A program made the translations under genes and the position numbers. From positions 35,905 through 99,904 of the IMG/VR virus record IMGVR_UViG_2593339199_000002: a DNA stretch of 64,000 nt; one strand, 5' to 3'. Shown here piece after piece: positions 18,034 to 27,501 of the stretch. Positions within the stretch are counted from its first letter, which is position 1. Each line of letters starts with the position of its first letter. The DNA comes from a virus (taxonomy: Duplodnaviria; Caudoviricetes). The notes below the pieces were generated by a model. That model was not told the origin of the DNA. It did no database searches and saw nothing but the letters and a program-made list of their open reading frames with translations.

Positions 18034-18514
18034 TACGGTTAAATACGCCCAGCATTCAGATGGCACACATGTGCTGTTTGTGCTGGAAGATGAGGCGTAT
18101 TCGGACATTTCCTATTACACGTCCACGTTTCAAAATGTGGCCTTCCCAAAGATGGTATTCGGTTATATCGTGAAAGGCACATCGTTGGCCAAAGCCTACG
18201 TGGCCTGTTACAAGGACAAATATTTGCGGGACACGACGCCATTATTCAAGTTCCCGTACTCCAACGTGCATGCGAACGGCGCGCTTTGTTATTTCTCCAC
18301 GGAGGTCATCAAAGACCTCGTGCAGTTGCAGACGTTTGCTTATCGTTGGCGCCAGGTGCCGAACAACGATCACCTAACGGGCCAGCGGACGGAGCTCGAT
18401 GCGTCGCTGCGCGAGTTGTTCGAAATGCACCAAGACGCGGATTTCAATTACGACATTTTGGCACCGATGAACACGACGTTCGGCGAGTGGGGCCAAACAA
18501 TCACCAGGCCATAG
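17840..18514 (+). CDS. Prokaryotic E2 family D-like (PRTRC protein B-like)
   Basis: FPKMVF, TPLFKFPYSNVHANGALC. Confidence 0.7.
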   Translation: MSDKVVITLERNKMPHVAFEQKGGAKTGGHCYHDQVISLIMSAQNEQLVVEQKETVLSSPALPSNTVKYAQHSDGTHVLFVLEDEAYSDISYYTSTFQNVAFPKMVFGYIVKGTSLAKAYVACYKDKYLRDTTPLFKFPYSNVHANGALCYFSTEVIKDLVQLQTFAYRWRQVPNNDHLTGQRTELDASLRELFEMHQDADFNYDILAPMNTTFGEWGQTITRP

Positions 18515-18526
18515 GAGGGCTGCTTG

Positions 18527-19009
18527 ATGTCCATGCAATTTGAAAGTGAACAAGATCTGATGCAAGAGCAGGGGCAGGTCGTACATAAAATCGTTATTCC
18601 CGCTCCGGCCGATGACAATAAGGAAGACGCCGATCTCGAAAGGGAGGTATGGCAGGCTGAAGCGCAGGAGTCTGCCACTGAAGAGGAGGATCTCACGGCC
18701 GAGAACTTCTTCGATTTCAGCGGCGGCACTTCCCGGGCACCGAAGAACAAAACAAAGCCAGCAGTAAAGGCAAACACGAGTAAGGCGGTCAAGCCAAAAG
18801 ATCCGGAGAAGAAATACGGATCGGATTTCGTGATCTGCTATGCCCGTGAGCGCATCGAGATGCCGGCCGGCGAAGATCTAACGCTCGAGCAAGTTCGGCA
18901 ATGGTTGGAGACGGATTTCCCCGAGTTCGGCAAGGAACGAACAGAGATGCTCGTGGATGAGGATCAAAAGTTCATCGTGCCGATCCTCAAGTCGCCGAAG
19001 AAAGGATGA
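18527..19009 (+). CDS. Prokaryotic ubiquitin-like protein (PRTRC protein C-like) with acidic N-terminus
   Basis: LTLEQVRQWLETDFPEF; C-terminal KKG. Confidence 0.6.
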   Translation: MSMQFESEQDLMQEQGQVVHKIVIPAPADDNKEDADLEREVWQAEAQESATEEEDLTAENFFDFSGGTSRAPKNKTKPAVKANTSKAVKPKDPEKKYGSDFVICYARERIEMPAGEDLTLEQVRQWLETDFPEFGKERTEMLVDEDQKFIVPILKSPKKG

Positions 19010-19013
19010 TCTC

Positions 19014-19802
19014 ATGAACGTACCAACGCTCAACCTGCCCTCCAACTTCTTTACGATCGTGCAGATCGGCGTCGGCGGCAACGGCGGCTATTTGACACAG
19101 CGGCTAACCAAAATGATGTATGCCTTCGGCCGGACGACCGAGCAAGCATTCAGCTACTGCTTAGTAGATGGCGACCGCTTCGAAGCCAAGAATCTGCTGC
19201 GGCAGCCATGTATCGCCGAGGATCTCTTGGAACTCAAATCCAAGGTGCTCGCCGAGCGATATGGCACCGTCTATGACCTGAAGATCAGCTATCGGGACCG
19301 TTATGTGGAATCCGTACAGGATCTGCATGACCTCATGATCGGCGTCGAAGCCCGGGGGACCGTAATCCTGCTTGGCTGCGTAGATAACCATGCAACGCGC
19401 AAACTCATGCATCGGTTTTTCCATGAAACAAAGCACGACATCATCTATCTCGATAGCGGGATCGAAGCTGTGCTGCCCGACGAGCCAAACAGCGGCTATG
19501 CTGGCCACGTCGTCTGCGGCGTAAAGCTGCAGGGGAAGGTCCTGCTGGAGCCTGTCGGCGATCTTTACCCGGATATCCTAGAGGATGATGAATCCAAGCT
19601 GCCTACGGAATCCTGCGGCGACACGATCGTCAATCATCCCCAGCGCATGATGACCAATGAAATGGCCGCACTCGTTATGGCTGGCTATTTGAATACAATC
19701 CTTGGCGAGGAACAAATTGTTGCGCATTACACAAACTTTAATGCAAAAACCATGCTTTCTAAGCCCGCCTATATTCACAAAGAGGCGCTTCAGGGTGTAT
19801 AA
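19014..19802 (+). CDS. ThiF/E1-like adenylyltransferase (PRTRC type)
   Basis: IGVGGNGG, DGDRFEAKNLLRQ, GCVDN, LDSG, ESC. Confidence 0.88.
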   Translation: MNVPTLNLPSNFFTIVQIGVGGNGGYLTQRLTKMMYAFGRTTEQAFSYCLVDGDRFEAKNLLRQPCIAEDLLELKSKVLAERYGTVYDLKISYRDRYVESVQDLHDLMIGVEARGTVILLGCVDNHATRKLMHRFFHETKHDIIYLDSGIEAVLPDEPNSGYAGHVVCGVKLQGKVLLEPVGDLYPDILEDDESKLPTESCGDTIVNHPQRMMTNEMAALVMAGYLNTILGEEQIVAHYTNFNAKTMLSKPAYIHKEALQGV

Positions 19803-19837
19803 TCCCCTGGAGCGCTATTTTCCAGGGAGATGATGCA

Positions 19838-20692
19838 ATGGGCGCGAAAAAGCTCAAAGAATATCCATCTATTACGAAAAAATGCTCGTGGGAAAGGAAG
19901 GACGTTACATACGAGCAGCATGAACTAGTTCATCTTGAAGCCACCGGCGGTTCTCCTTATCCGGACGGGGAATGGGAGTGGAGTGGCAGCTACAATATCC
20001 GCGTCAATGTAGGTGATATCGGCAACTGCTACCCCTATGAAGGCGGGCTTTCAGGCAGTCCGAAGTATTACTTCGATAAACGCAAAGGACGCCGTGTAAA
20101 GCGTTACAAATTCGATCTTTGCTTGAAAGTCGTAGGGGGCGATCGGCTCTCGCTGGACGTTGGACGTGCCAAGAATCTGAGCAAGCTGGACTGTAAGCGG
20201 CTCATCGTACACATGATCCATGAGTTCGAGAAGACGGACCGCTACAAGGAAGAATTGTGGCCAAAGATCCTAGATCCCGACAATCGGGAACCGATCATCA
20301 AAGATATCGACGGGAAGCTCGTTTGGATTGCAACGACGTGGAAAGGCCTCTGGTCTGCAGTACAGCAGAAGCATGCATATAAGAGTACCGGCTTGGGAAG
20401 ATCCTATGTCCTGCCATCGGGCCAGTATTTCACACGGCAGGTCAATGTCAAAATGGAGTATCCGCATAAGAAGGAAGATGGCTCGACCGATTATTACCGC
20501 GGCGTGAAAATCTACAAGGATCCGTGGTACAAGCAGGTTGATCATAGCTGCGGCACCAGCAGCGGTGGCGGCCTCGACATGAATAAGCGGGGGACATATG
20601 AGGCATTGATCGATGCAGCCATTTGGAATACCGACGATACGCTGCTCGAATACATCATGCAAGATGAATACCGTAATTTGTCCGGGTGGTGA
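19838..20692 (+). CDS. Hypothetical protein
   Basis: 284-aa ORF; GGGAG RBS. Confidence 0.7.
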   Translation: MGAKKLKEYPSITKKCSWERKDVTYEQHELVHLEATGGSPYPDGEWEWSGSYNIRVNVGDIGNCYPYEGGLSGSPKYYFDKRKGRRVKRYKFDLCLKVVGGDRLSLDVGRAKNLSKLDCKRLIVHMIHEFEKTDRYKEELWPKILDPDNREPIIKDIDGKLVWIATTWKGLWSAVQQKHAYKSTGLGRSYVLPSGQYFTRQVNVKMEYPHKKEDGSTDYYRGVKIYKDPWYKQVDHSCGTSSGGGLDMNKRGTYEALIDAAIWNTDDTLLEYIMQDEYRNLSGW

Positions 20693-20696
20693 AAAT

Positions 20697-21050
20697 GTGT
20701 TTGAAGTAACGAAACCCTGCAAGGATTGTCCATTCCTCAAGGAATCCACGATGCGGCATTCGCTTAACCCGAGCCGGCTGCCCGGCATTGTAGAGACATT
20801 GATGGATGATCATAATCATTTCACCTGCCACAAAACGATCGATTATTCGAAGGATACGAATGACGACGGCACAAGGCCTTTCCAAGAAGGCAATCAGATG
20901 TGTTTCGGTGCCATGACTTACCTGGACAAGGTGGGGCGGCCGAACATTGCGATGCGCCTTGGCATGCTTACTGGCAAGCTCAGTAGAGAGCAACTTGAGC
21001 GTTGCCATAGCATCATCGTCAATCCGGACGAAATAGGTGAGGATCATTGA
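20697..21050 (+). CDS. Cys/His metal-binding protein (DUF6283-like)
   Basis: PCKDCPF, FTCHKT, CFGA. Confidence 0.6.
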   Translation: MFEVTKPCKDCPFLKESTMRHSLNPSRLPGIVETLMDDHNHFTCHKTIDYSKDTNDDGTRPFQEGNQMCFGAMTYLDKVGRPNIAMRLGMLTGKLSREQLERCHSIIVNPDEIGEDH

Positions 21051-21336
21051 ATTAATCGATGCTTACAATTACCGGCACCCGGGCGAGTTCCAAGCCGCAA
21101 TCAACCGGCAGGAGGCCATGCGAGGCGCGCTGCAGACATGGTGGGTGACCAAAGAAGGCGTGAAGCTCAAGCCGTTTCAGATGACTGATCGCCATCTCCT
21201 GTCGATTATCAAGATGATGGAGGATCAAGCAGAGAAACGAGCCGTCCTCCATTCAGCCAAGCGAATATTGAAAAGCCATGCGACCTACAAGGCTGCTAAA
21301 CGTGAAGCAATCAAAAGGGGGCTTATACAGGAATGA
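21037..21336 (+). CDS. Hypothetical phage-type protein
   Basis: WVTKEG...MTDRHL. Confidence 0.6.
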   Translation: MRIIELIDAYNYRHPGEFQAAINRQEAMRGALQTWWVTKEGVKLKPFQMTDRHLLSIIKMMEDQAEKRAVLHSAKRILKSHATYKAAKREAIKRGLIQE

Positions 21337-21755
21337 GCGATACGTGGCGGTTGTATGATCGTGATCATCGCGATTTTATGTACGAATTGATGGATACCAA
21401 GGTGGAGTCAATCCCCTTGCCTTTGCTCGGTGAAATCCAGCTGCGGCCAGACATTCATGATCATATCAAAATCAACGGAGAAATCTATTCGGTATGCATT
21501 TTGAATTTAGCTAACAATGCTGCCTTTGTTCGCCGGCTCGATTTGAGCGGTAATCATGATACTGAATACAAGCCCAATGCGAGATGTCCGCACTGCGGAT
21601 ATGAGGACATTGATTGCTTCGAGTGGAGTGGCGATGAGGGCGACAGGGAGTGCGGGCACTGTAGCTTGCCATTCAGCTATACGCGAGAGATCATCATCGA
21701 GTATTCAACAGAGAAGAAAGGGCCGAGCAATAAGCCGGTGCGGGTGGAGCTATGA
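21333..21755 (+). CDS. Zn-ribbon protein
   Basis: CPHCG ... CGHC. Confidence 0.7.
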   Translation: MSDTWRLYDRDHRDFMYELMDTKVESIPLPLLGEIQLRPDIHDHIKINGEIYSVCILNLANNAAFVRRLDLSGNHDTEYKPNARCPHCGYEDIDCFEWSGDEGDRECGHCSLPFSYTREIIIEYSTEKKGPSNKPVRVEL

Positions 21756-22444
21756 CCGACGAAAAAGATGAAATCAAATATTCGAGCCACAAGGAAGTTT
21801 CCGAAACCTATCACATCTCCTTGGATAGCCACCGGTGCCAATGGGCTCGGATTACGATCAATGAAACCGGCGATTTTAACGCGATCACTGATTGCGGCAA
21901 TTTCAATTATGCATGGCATGGCTATGGCGGCGGTTCATTTAAGGAGTTCTTGGTCAAGATCTTCAGCAGAAACGCAAGTGGCAAAGGCAGTTACGTGTAC
22001 GATAAGATCTCCGACGACAGCCGAAGCCGCGTGAACTGCAAGGAAACCATTGCTCCGATGTGGAAGGATTTCATTGAAAAGTACCGGGAGCTTTACAAGG
22101 ATAAGCGATCCGACGCAAGGATTGCCGAACGCTTGAAATATTCCAATGCCTATAAGGCAAAGTGGGCGTTCGATGAATTAAGAGAGAAGGCGAGATCAAC
22201 CAGGGATGTGCTGAAGTCTATCGAAGAGGAAGGCGAGCTCAGCTCGGATCGCTTCTACTCCTTGATGTGGGACAATGCTCAAATATCGGACTTATTCTTC
22301 GATGGTGACTATATTGCCCACTGCCTTGATGTGGAGATGACCGGCGACCGACATGCCATTGCTTTTTGTGAAGTGGTAGCACCTGTCTTTGCTGAAATTC
22401 TGCGTCAAGAACTGAAAGAAGAACCTGTCACAGCCGCCTCTTGA
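21752..22444 (+). CDS. Hypothetical phage-type protein
   Basis: ITDCGNFNYAW; ATGA overlap. Confidence 0.7.
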   Translation: MTDEKDEIKYSSHKEVSETYHISLDSHRCQWARITINETGDFNAITDCGNFNYAWHGYGGGSFKEFLVKIFSRNASGKGSYVYDKISDDSRSRVNCKETIAPMWKDFIEKYRELYKDKRSDARIAERLKYSNAYKAKWAFDELREKARSTRDVLKSIEEEGELSSDRFYSLMWDNAQISDLFFDGDYIAHCLDVEMTGDRHAIAFCEVVAPVFAEILRQELKEEPVTAAS

Positions 22445-22455
22445 GCGGCTTTTTT
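22432..22455 (+). terminator. Intrinsic terminator
   Basis: AGCCGC/GCGGCT plus T run. Confidence 0.65.
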
Positions 22456-22482
22456 CTTTATCCAAAATGTCGAGCATTACAT

Positions 22483-22503
22483 ACGCCTGACGGCGTGTTT
22501 CTT
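22483..22503 (+). promoter_or_regulatory. TGAC-loop hairpin motif copy 13
   Basis: ACGCC-TGAC-GGCGT-GT-TTCTT. Confidence 0.8.
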
Positions 22504-22617
22504 GTAGATTCACTCATAAAATTGAGGTGATGCCAGTTAATACGAGCATTTAACCACAAGATATTGGGGTTAGTATCGGATATGACACTAGATCATTCTA
22601 GTCTGTCTTATTCGTAT

Positions 22618-22631
22618 TGTAATGCCTTGCA
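22618..22631. promoter_or_regulatory. TGTAATGCATTACA-type palindrome (12/14)
   Basis: TGTAATGCCTTGCA overlapping a TTGCAA -35-like box. Confidence 0.5.
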
Positions 22632-22688
22632 AAACGTGGGGTGAGTGTGTTAGTATAGGCCTACGACGACAACCGAATATAAAGCGGG

Positions 22689-23366
22689 GTGAATGCCATG
22701 AACATGCGCAGGAGGATAGCGTCATGCTTCGGAATTTCACTACTTGCTGCCGTACTTGTCATTGAGGCCAAGGGCAACTATGACTTGAGTAAGGAACGAA
22801 ACGCGGTACATGACGCCAATCTGACGCTCAAACAGCAAATTGAGCAGCATCTGACTGATCTGGAGCAGAGTCAATCTGATCTGGGCGAAGTGCAAAAGCA
22901 GAAAGACGATCTGCAAAACGAGAATCGTTCGCTTCTTCAAGAAGTGGATAAGCTGCAAGACCAATTGAAACAAGCAAGGACCGCGCCGCCGGCACCGACG
23001 CACCTGTTATATTCAGGCGACTCGATGCAGGAATCGCAAACAAAATGGTTGTCGTTCAAAGCAACGTATTACGATTTAGGCTATGCATCTTGTGGTAAAT
23101 GGCCTGGCGACCCAGGCTACGGCATCACTGCATCTGGCCGGCACGTTAAGACGGGCCTGACGATTGCAGTCGATCCGGATGTGATCCCGCTCGGATCAAT
23201 GGTCGAAGTCATGTATCCTGACGGCAGGGTAGAGAAACGGCGTGCCGATGACACTGGTGGAGCCATCAATGGCCGGCACATCGATATCTACGTACCCAAA
23301 GTGACGTCAACTCTGGGTGTAGATAAAGTTAAAGTGCGGATCATCTCGTCGCCAAGCGAGTTGTAA
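22689..23366 (+). CDS. 3D-domain (MltA-like/Sps) cell-wall lytic protein with coiled coil
   Basis: Signal/TM; GITASG, IAVDPDVIPLGS, DDTGGAINGRHIDIY. Confidence 0.9.
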   Translation: MNAMNMRRRIASCFGISLLAAVLVIEAKGNYDLSKERNAVHDANLTLKQQIEQHLTDLEQSQSDLGEVQKQKDDLQNENRSLLQEVDKLQDQLKQARTAPPAPTHLLYSGDSMQESQTKWLSFKATYYDLGYASCGKWPGDPGYGITASGRHVKTGLTIAVDPDVIPLGSMVEVMYPDGRVEKRRADDTGGAINGRHIDIYVPKVTSTLGVDKVKVRIISSPSEL

Positions 23367-23409
23367 TCCGCACGAGGAGAGGCACATGAAATAGTCGGGA
23401 GGAAGCAGC

Positions 23410-23634
23410 ATGTCTAAAGAGCAACCTGGACAAGGTGATTTATTCGATGAATTGATTCCCAAACGCAACGAGCAGAAAGGCCTGACCATGGAAGATGAAT
23501 TGCGTACTTCGTATCTGTTGGTCAATGTCCTGCTGGGGCTGTTGGTTCAAAAAGGCGTCATTACGCAGGCAGAGGTTGATACGCTACTCGCGGAGCTGTA
23601 TGCCGAATATAAAGCAAGACGGAAGGTGGGTTAA
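23410..23634 (+). CDS. Hypothetical protein
   Basis: GGAGG RBS; QGDLF near the N-terminus. Confidence 0.65.
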   Translation: MSKEQPGQGDLFDELIPKRNEQKGLTMEDELRTSYLLVNVLLGLLVQKGVITQAEVDTLLAELYAEYKARRKVG

Positions 23635-23639
23635 TCGCC

Positions 23640-23975
23640 ATGCCTACCGTCACCCAGCTGCGTCCGCATGTGACGCATTTCTCTGAAGAAATCAAGCTGA
23701 AGGCACAGGTGAGTCAAGAGGTCACCGTTGCCGGACGAATTGATAGTGTCAGCCAAATCGACGACAGTACGATCGTCATCATGTTGGACGATTACATCGG
23801 ACAGCTGCGCGTTGTCATGTCCAGCATTATGTACAGCCATTTCAAGTCGATCATCGACGTAGGAAACTTCGTTTCCGTTGTTGGATACGTGAACGTGGTG
23901 TCCCATAAAGTCGCTGGCGAATTGAAAAGCGAGTATTCGATCATCGGCTTTGACATGAATATTTTATCCTTTTAG
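23640..23975 (+). CDS. Stand-alone OB-fold nucleic-acid-binding protein
   Basis: VTVAGRI...LDDYIGQLRVV...GNFVSVVGYV. Confidence 0.65.
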   Translation: MPTVTQLRPHVTHFSEEIKLKAQVSQEVTVAGRIDSVSQIDDSTIVIMLDDYIGQLRVVMSSIMYSHFKSIIDVGNFVSVVGYVNVVSHKVAGELKSEYSIIGFDMNILSF

Positions 23976-23978
23976 GGG

Positions 23979-24167
23979 GTGGTGAGCATTCGTAACGTGC
24001 TTGTTTTCCCAAGCGGTGAGGAGCAGGACTTCATGTACCCGACCGACCGCGAGATTGTCGATGGAACAGAGCTCGAGTTGGTAATGATGGATGAGTCCAT
24101 ACATAGGCTCAATGTTACGTCCGTCGTGCGTGAAGAAAAGCGCATCTTGTACCATCTGTCGTACTAA
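23979..24167 (+). CDS. Hypothetical protein
   Basis: ORF with AGGGG RBS. Confidence 0.5.
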   Translation: MVSIRNVLVFPSGEEQDFMYPTDREIVDGTELELVMMDESIHRLNVTSVVREEKRILYHLSY

Positions 24168-24170
24168 CCA

Positions 24171-24191
24171 GTCGCTGACGCTCCTATTCAT
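24171..24191 (+). promoter_or_regulatory. TGAC-loop hairpin motif copy 14
   Basis: GTCGC-TGAC-GCTCC-TA-TTCAT; partial stem, same variant as copy 17. Confidence 0.7.
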
Positions 24192-24232
24192 TTTACATGA
24201 TTCAAAACCCAAAACCAGAAAGGTGATGCACA

Positions 24233-25078
24233 ATGAACGGTCAACAAGGATACCAAAACGGCGGTCAACAAGGATGGGGCGCTCAAGGCGGCCAACAGCA
24301 AGGATGGGGCGGCCAGCAACAAGGCGGATACCAGGGCACGCCGAACGGCGGAGGCTATCAAGGCGGCGGCCAAGATAATGGAAACGGCGGCGGCAACAAG
24401 AACAGCTATGATTCGTTCTGCGAAATCACGCTGATCGGCAACATCGCCGGCATCACGGATCCAGAATCCAAGCAGCGCGTTCACGCGTACTCCAAGCCGA
24501 TGAACAACGGCGCGAAAGTAGCCAACACGAACATCGCGGTTAATCTGCAGGGTAAGGATGCCGGCGAGTTCTGGAAGCTGGAAGTCTGGGCGAACTCGCC
24601 GGAGCGCAGCCGTCTTCACAACTTCCTGATGGACCACTGCTCGACCGGCCGTAAAGTCTTCATCAAAGGCATCCCGATGCTGAACCGTGACGGCGACAAG
24701 TATTTCCCGACGATCCGCGTAACCGAGCTGATCGGATTGGGCAGCGGTCAACAACAAGCTAATGGCGGCAACGGTGGCGGCCAGCAACAGCAAGGCGGCT
24801 TCCAACAGCAGGGCGGAGGGCAGCAACAGCAAGGTGGTCAGCAACCAGGCGGTTGGGGCAACCAACAAGGTTACCAGCAGCAGCAAAACGGCTTCGGCGG
24901 CCCAAACCCGAACATGGGTGGAGCACAGCCACAGCAGCAAGGCGGTAATTTCCAACAAAACGGCCCGCAAGGCGGCTTCGGTGGCCCGCAAGCCGGTCCT
25001 CAAGGCGGTTTCGGTGGTCCACAGGGCGGTTTTGGAGCACCACAAGGAGCGCCTGGTCAATTCCAAGGCCAGCGCTAA
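24233..25078 (+). CDS. ssb: Single-stranded DNA-binding protein with Q/G-rich N- and C-terminal tails
   Basis: ITLIGNI...VANTNIAVN...EFWKLEVW...GRKVFIKG OB fold. Confidence 0.8.
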   Translation: MNGQQGYQNGGQQGWGAQGGQQQGWGGQQQGGYQGTPNGGGYQGGGQDNGNGGGNKNSYDSFCEITLIGNIAGITDPESKQRVHAYSKPMNNGAKVANTNIAVNLQGKDAGEFWKLEVWANSPERSRLHNFLMDHCSTGRKVFIKGIPMLNRDGDKYFPTIRVTELIGLGSGQQQANGGNGGGQQQQGGFQQQGGGQQQQGGQQPGGWGNQQGYQQQQNGFGGPNPNMGGAQPQQQGGNFQQNGPQGGFGGPQAGPQGGFGGPQGGFGAPQGAPGQFQGQR

Positions 25079-25150
25079 TCATGATGTAGCGGGGAAGCGG
25101 ATGCTGGTATTCACTTCCCCCTTTCATCAGATCTATAGGAGGTCATCGCC

Positions 25151-25396
25151 ATGCACATATTGAACCATGTCGGCTTGATCTTTCTCGGCTACCTGTTGAT
25201 CGGTCTGATTATGATGGGCCTTTCATGGCTGTATTATAAGCTTACGAACCGTTACACAGGAGGCGGACTTATTGATTTTGGCTGGCAAGTTGAGCTGCTG
25301 ATGGGTATGACGCTTTGGCCAATCTGGGTGCTAAACCTGATTGGCGACATTCGCTCCAGACGCAGACTGCGCAGAGAGAGGATGCGAAAAGCATGA
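25151..25396 (+). CDS. Small membrane protein
   Basis: Two TM segments; AGGAGG RBS. Confidence 0.65.
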   Translation: MHILNHVGLIFLGYLLIGLIMMGLSWLYYKLTNRYTGGGLIDFGWQVELLMGMTLWPIWVLNLIGDIRSRRRLRRERMRKA

Positions 25397-25752
25397 GTCA
25401 AGCCGTTAAGCCGGCAGACGCCCTCGGACGATTCATGTTTGGAATCTTCAACCACTATCGGGATAATGGGTTGTCCATTCCCATGGCGAAAGGCCGCATG
25501 TTTGACGAGGCGCTTCAGACCTGCGCCAAGATGATTAAGGATGAGACGGACATTCCGGATCACGGCTTGGTCATCGCGGCGCAAATGGTATCGCAGCTTT
25601 TGAATCATCGCGGCTACGAGCTGTCACAGGCGGTCGAGAAATCGCAGGATCCGAATGATCCGCGCCTCGAGCCCATGCGGCAGATCAAGGCGGCAAAAGA
25701 TGCGATTGATCTTTTCATTTCCACTTACAAGGGGGAACAGCAGCATGGCTAA
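25393..25752 (+). CDS. Hypothetical protein
   Basis: ATGA coupling. Confidence 0.65.
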   Translation: MSQAVKPADALGRFMFGIFNHYRDNGLSIPMAKGRMFDEALQTCAKMIKDETDIPDHGLVIAAQMVSQLLNHRGYELSQAVEKSQDPNDPRLEPMRQIKAAKDAIDLFISTYKGEQQHG

Positions 25753-26896
25753 AGAAAAATCGCATACCGACAAGCTGGAGGAATCGTTTGCGGGATCGAA
25801 AGATATTCGTAAAACGTTCGACCAGCGTTTCGGTCCGGGCACGTTCTTTACATTCGGGGATACCACCAAAGCGGAGGTCTATCCGATTTCGACCGGCATT
25901 CCAACCGTGGATTATGCCTCGGGTATCGGCGGCGTGCCGCTTGGCCGGATCATCGAAGTCTTTGGACCTGAATCTTCAGGTAAGACGAGCCTCTGCCTGA
26001 TGACGGTTGCTCAGTTCCAAGAGCAAGCAAAAGTCCCAGGGACGATGATTTTCGGCAAGCGGGCTGCCATTATCGACGCCGAGCACGCGCTGGATCCGAT
26101 TCACGTTCGTAATCTTGGTGTCGACGTTTCGCCTGAAACCGGCATGCTGGTGAACCAGCCGGACAGCGGCGAGCAGGCCTTCGACATCATGGAAGCAATG
26201 TGCTATTCCAATCAATTTGGACTCGTGATCGTCGATTCGGCGGCAGCTCTCGTCCCATTGGCGGAAGTGGAGAATGGCATGGATTACAATCCGATCGGCC
26301 TGCAAGCACGGATGCTTTCCAAGGGCCTGCGCAAATTGAAAGGTCTTGCGTATAAGCATAACGTGACATTCATTTTCATCAACCAGCTGCGGGAAAAGCC
26401 CGGGGCACAAGGCACCGTTATCGAAGTAACGCCGGGAGGGCGCGCGCTTCGATTCTACTCCTCGATCCGGATTGACGTCCGGGCGAAGAAGATCGAAAAG
26501 AGCGGTACGTTCATCGGGAACGCGACGACAGCCAAGTTCGTTAAGAACAAGGTGGCGCCGCCGTTTACCAATGCGGAATATGATTACTACTGGCATGGCG
26601 GCGTCGATCGCATCAAGAACATCATGGATGTAGCGATTGAAACGGAAGTCATCACCCGTGCCGGCGCGTATTACTTCTACGGCGAGGACAGCAAGAACCC
26701 GTACATGGACGGAGCGGGCAATCAGCTGAAATGGCAAGGTAAGGAGAGCCTGCTTGAGGCGCTCCGTAATTCGCCGGCGCTTTATGAGTACACGAACGGC
26801 ATCGTGCAAGGCAAGATTCCGAAAGACACGCAATTCATATCCGAGTCCGCCGACGATCCTTCCGAGGAAAATGAGCTTGAGCTGGAACTCGCGTAA
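25745..26896 (+). CDS. recA: Recombinase RecA (divergent)
   Basis: GRIIEVFGPESSGKT, IDAEHALD, QPDSGEQA, FINQLR, PGGRALRFYSS, KNKVAPPF. Confidence 0.96.
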   Translation: MAKEKSHTDKLEESFAGSKDIRKTFDQRFGPGTFFTFGDTTKAEVYPISTGIPTVDYASGIGGVPLGRIIEVFGPESSGKTSLCLMTVAQFQEQAKVPGTMIFGKRAAIIDAEHALDPIHVRNLGVDVSPETGMLVNQPDSGEQAFDIMEAMCYSNQFGLVIVDSAAALVPLAEVENGMDYNPIGLQARMLSKGLRKLKGLAYKHNVTFIFINQLREKPGAQGTVIEVTPGGRALRFYSSIRIDVRAKKIEKSGTFIGNATTAKFVKNKVAPPFTNAEYDYYWHGGVDRIKNIMDVAIETEVITRAGAYYFYGEDSKNPYMDGAGNQLKWQGKESLLEALRNSPALYEYTNGIVQGKIPKDTQFISESADDPSEENELELELA

Positions 26897-26908
26897 GGAG
26901 AAACGCTC

Positions 26909-27481
26909 ATGGAAGAAGATCAAATTTTCATCAATGAGCTCCAGGTCCCGGAGATTTGCCTCCAGGGCCTGGCTCATGAACGCTTGAAGGAAAGCATATT
27001 GCACTGTCAGGCATGCTCCAGCGCCAAGCTGACGAAGCCGCTGACGCTGCACAATAACGAAGCCAGCTTGATGATTGTGGGCGAGCGCGCAGACGATGTA
27101 CTGTTCGATTCTCCACAAGGCAAACAGCTGGCTAATCTTATGGCCGCCGCGAACCTTGACATGAAGGACGTGTATTTCTCGTCGCTCCTGAAATGCCGGG
27201 AGTCCAGTGAAGCAGCCAACTGCCAGCATCATTTAATTGGAGAAGTCATGCTTGTGAGACCGAAGCTCGTCATTTGCCTTGGCTACAACGTTTGCCAAGT
27301 ATTCGATCTGCAGCCTGATCTGGGTTCATACTGCATGATTTATCCGAATGTTCACGCTCTGTTTACGTACTCGGTGTCTGACGCAAGCGGCAATCAGGAA
27401 TTAATCGTACTACGCACGATCCAGGAGCAGTTCTCCTATGTTGCGCAGACAATCCGACACATGAAGCAGCAGAGCGCATAA
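26909..27481 (+). CDS. Family-4 uracil-DNA glycosylase-like protein, degenerate
   Basis: CQAC, LMIVGE, LLKCR, RPKLVICLG; lacks GEAPG and HPA. Confidence 0.65.
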   Translation: MEEDQIFINELQVPEICLQGLAHERLKESILHCQACSSAKLTKPLTLHNNEASLMIVGERADDVLFDSPQGKQLANLMAAANLDMKDVYFSSLLKCRESSEAANCQHHLIGEVMLVRPKLVICLGYNVCQVFDLQPDLGSYCMIYPNVHALFTYSVSDASGNQELIVLRTIQEQFSYVAQTIRHMKQQSA

Positions 27482-27501
27482 CTTTCTAGGGGGTTTGTGC
27501 C

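Noticed and set aside
23216-23229. CCTGACGG inside the 3D-domain gene (also ~61641, and GCTGACCC at ~37497)
   Set aside because: No full stem and no YTCWT box; likely coding chance matches, not counted as copies
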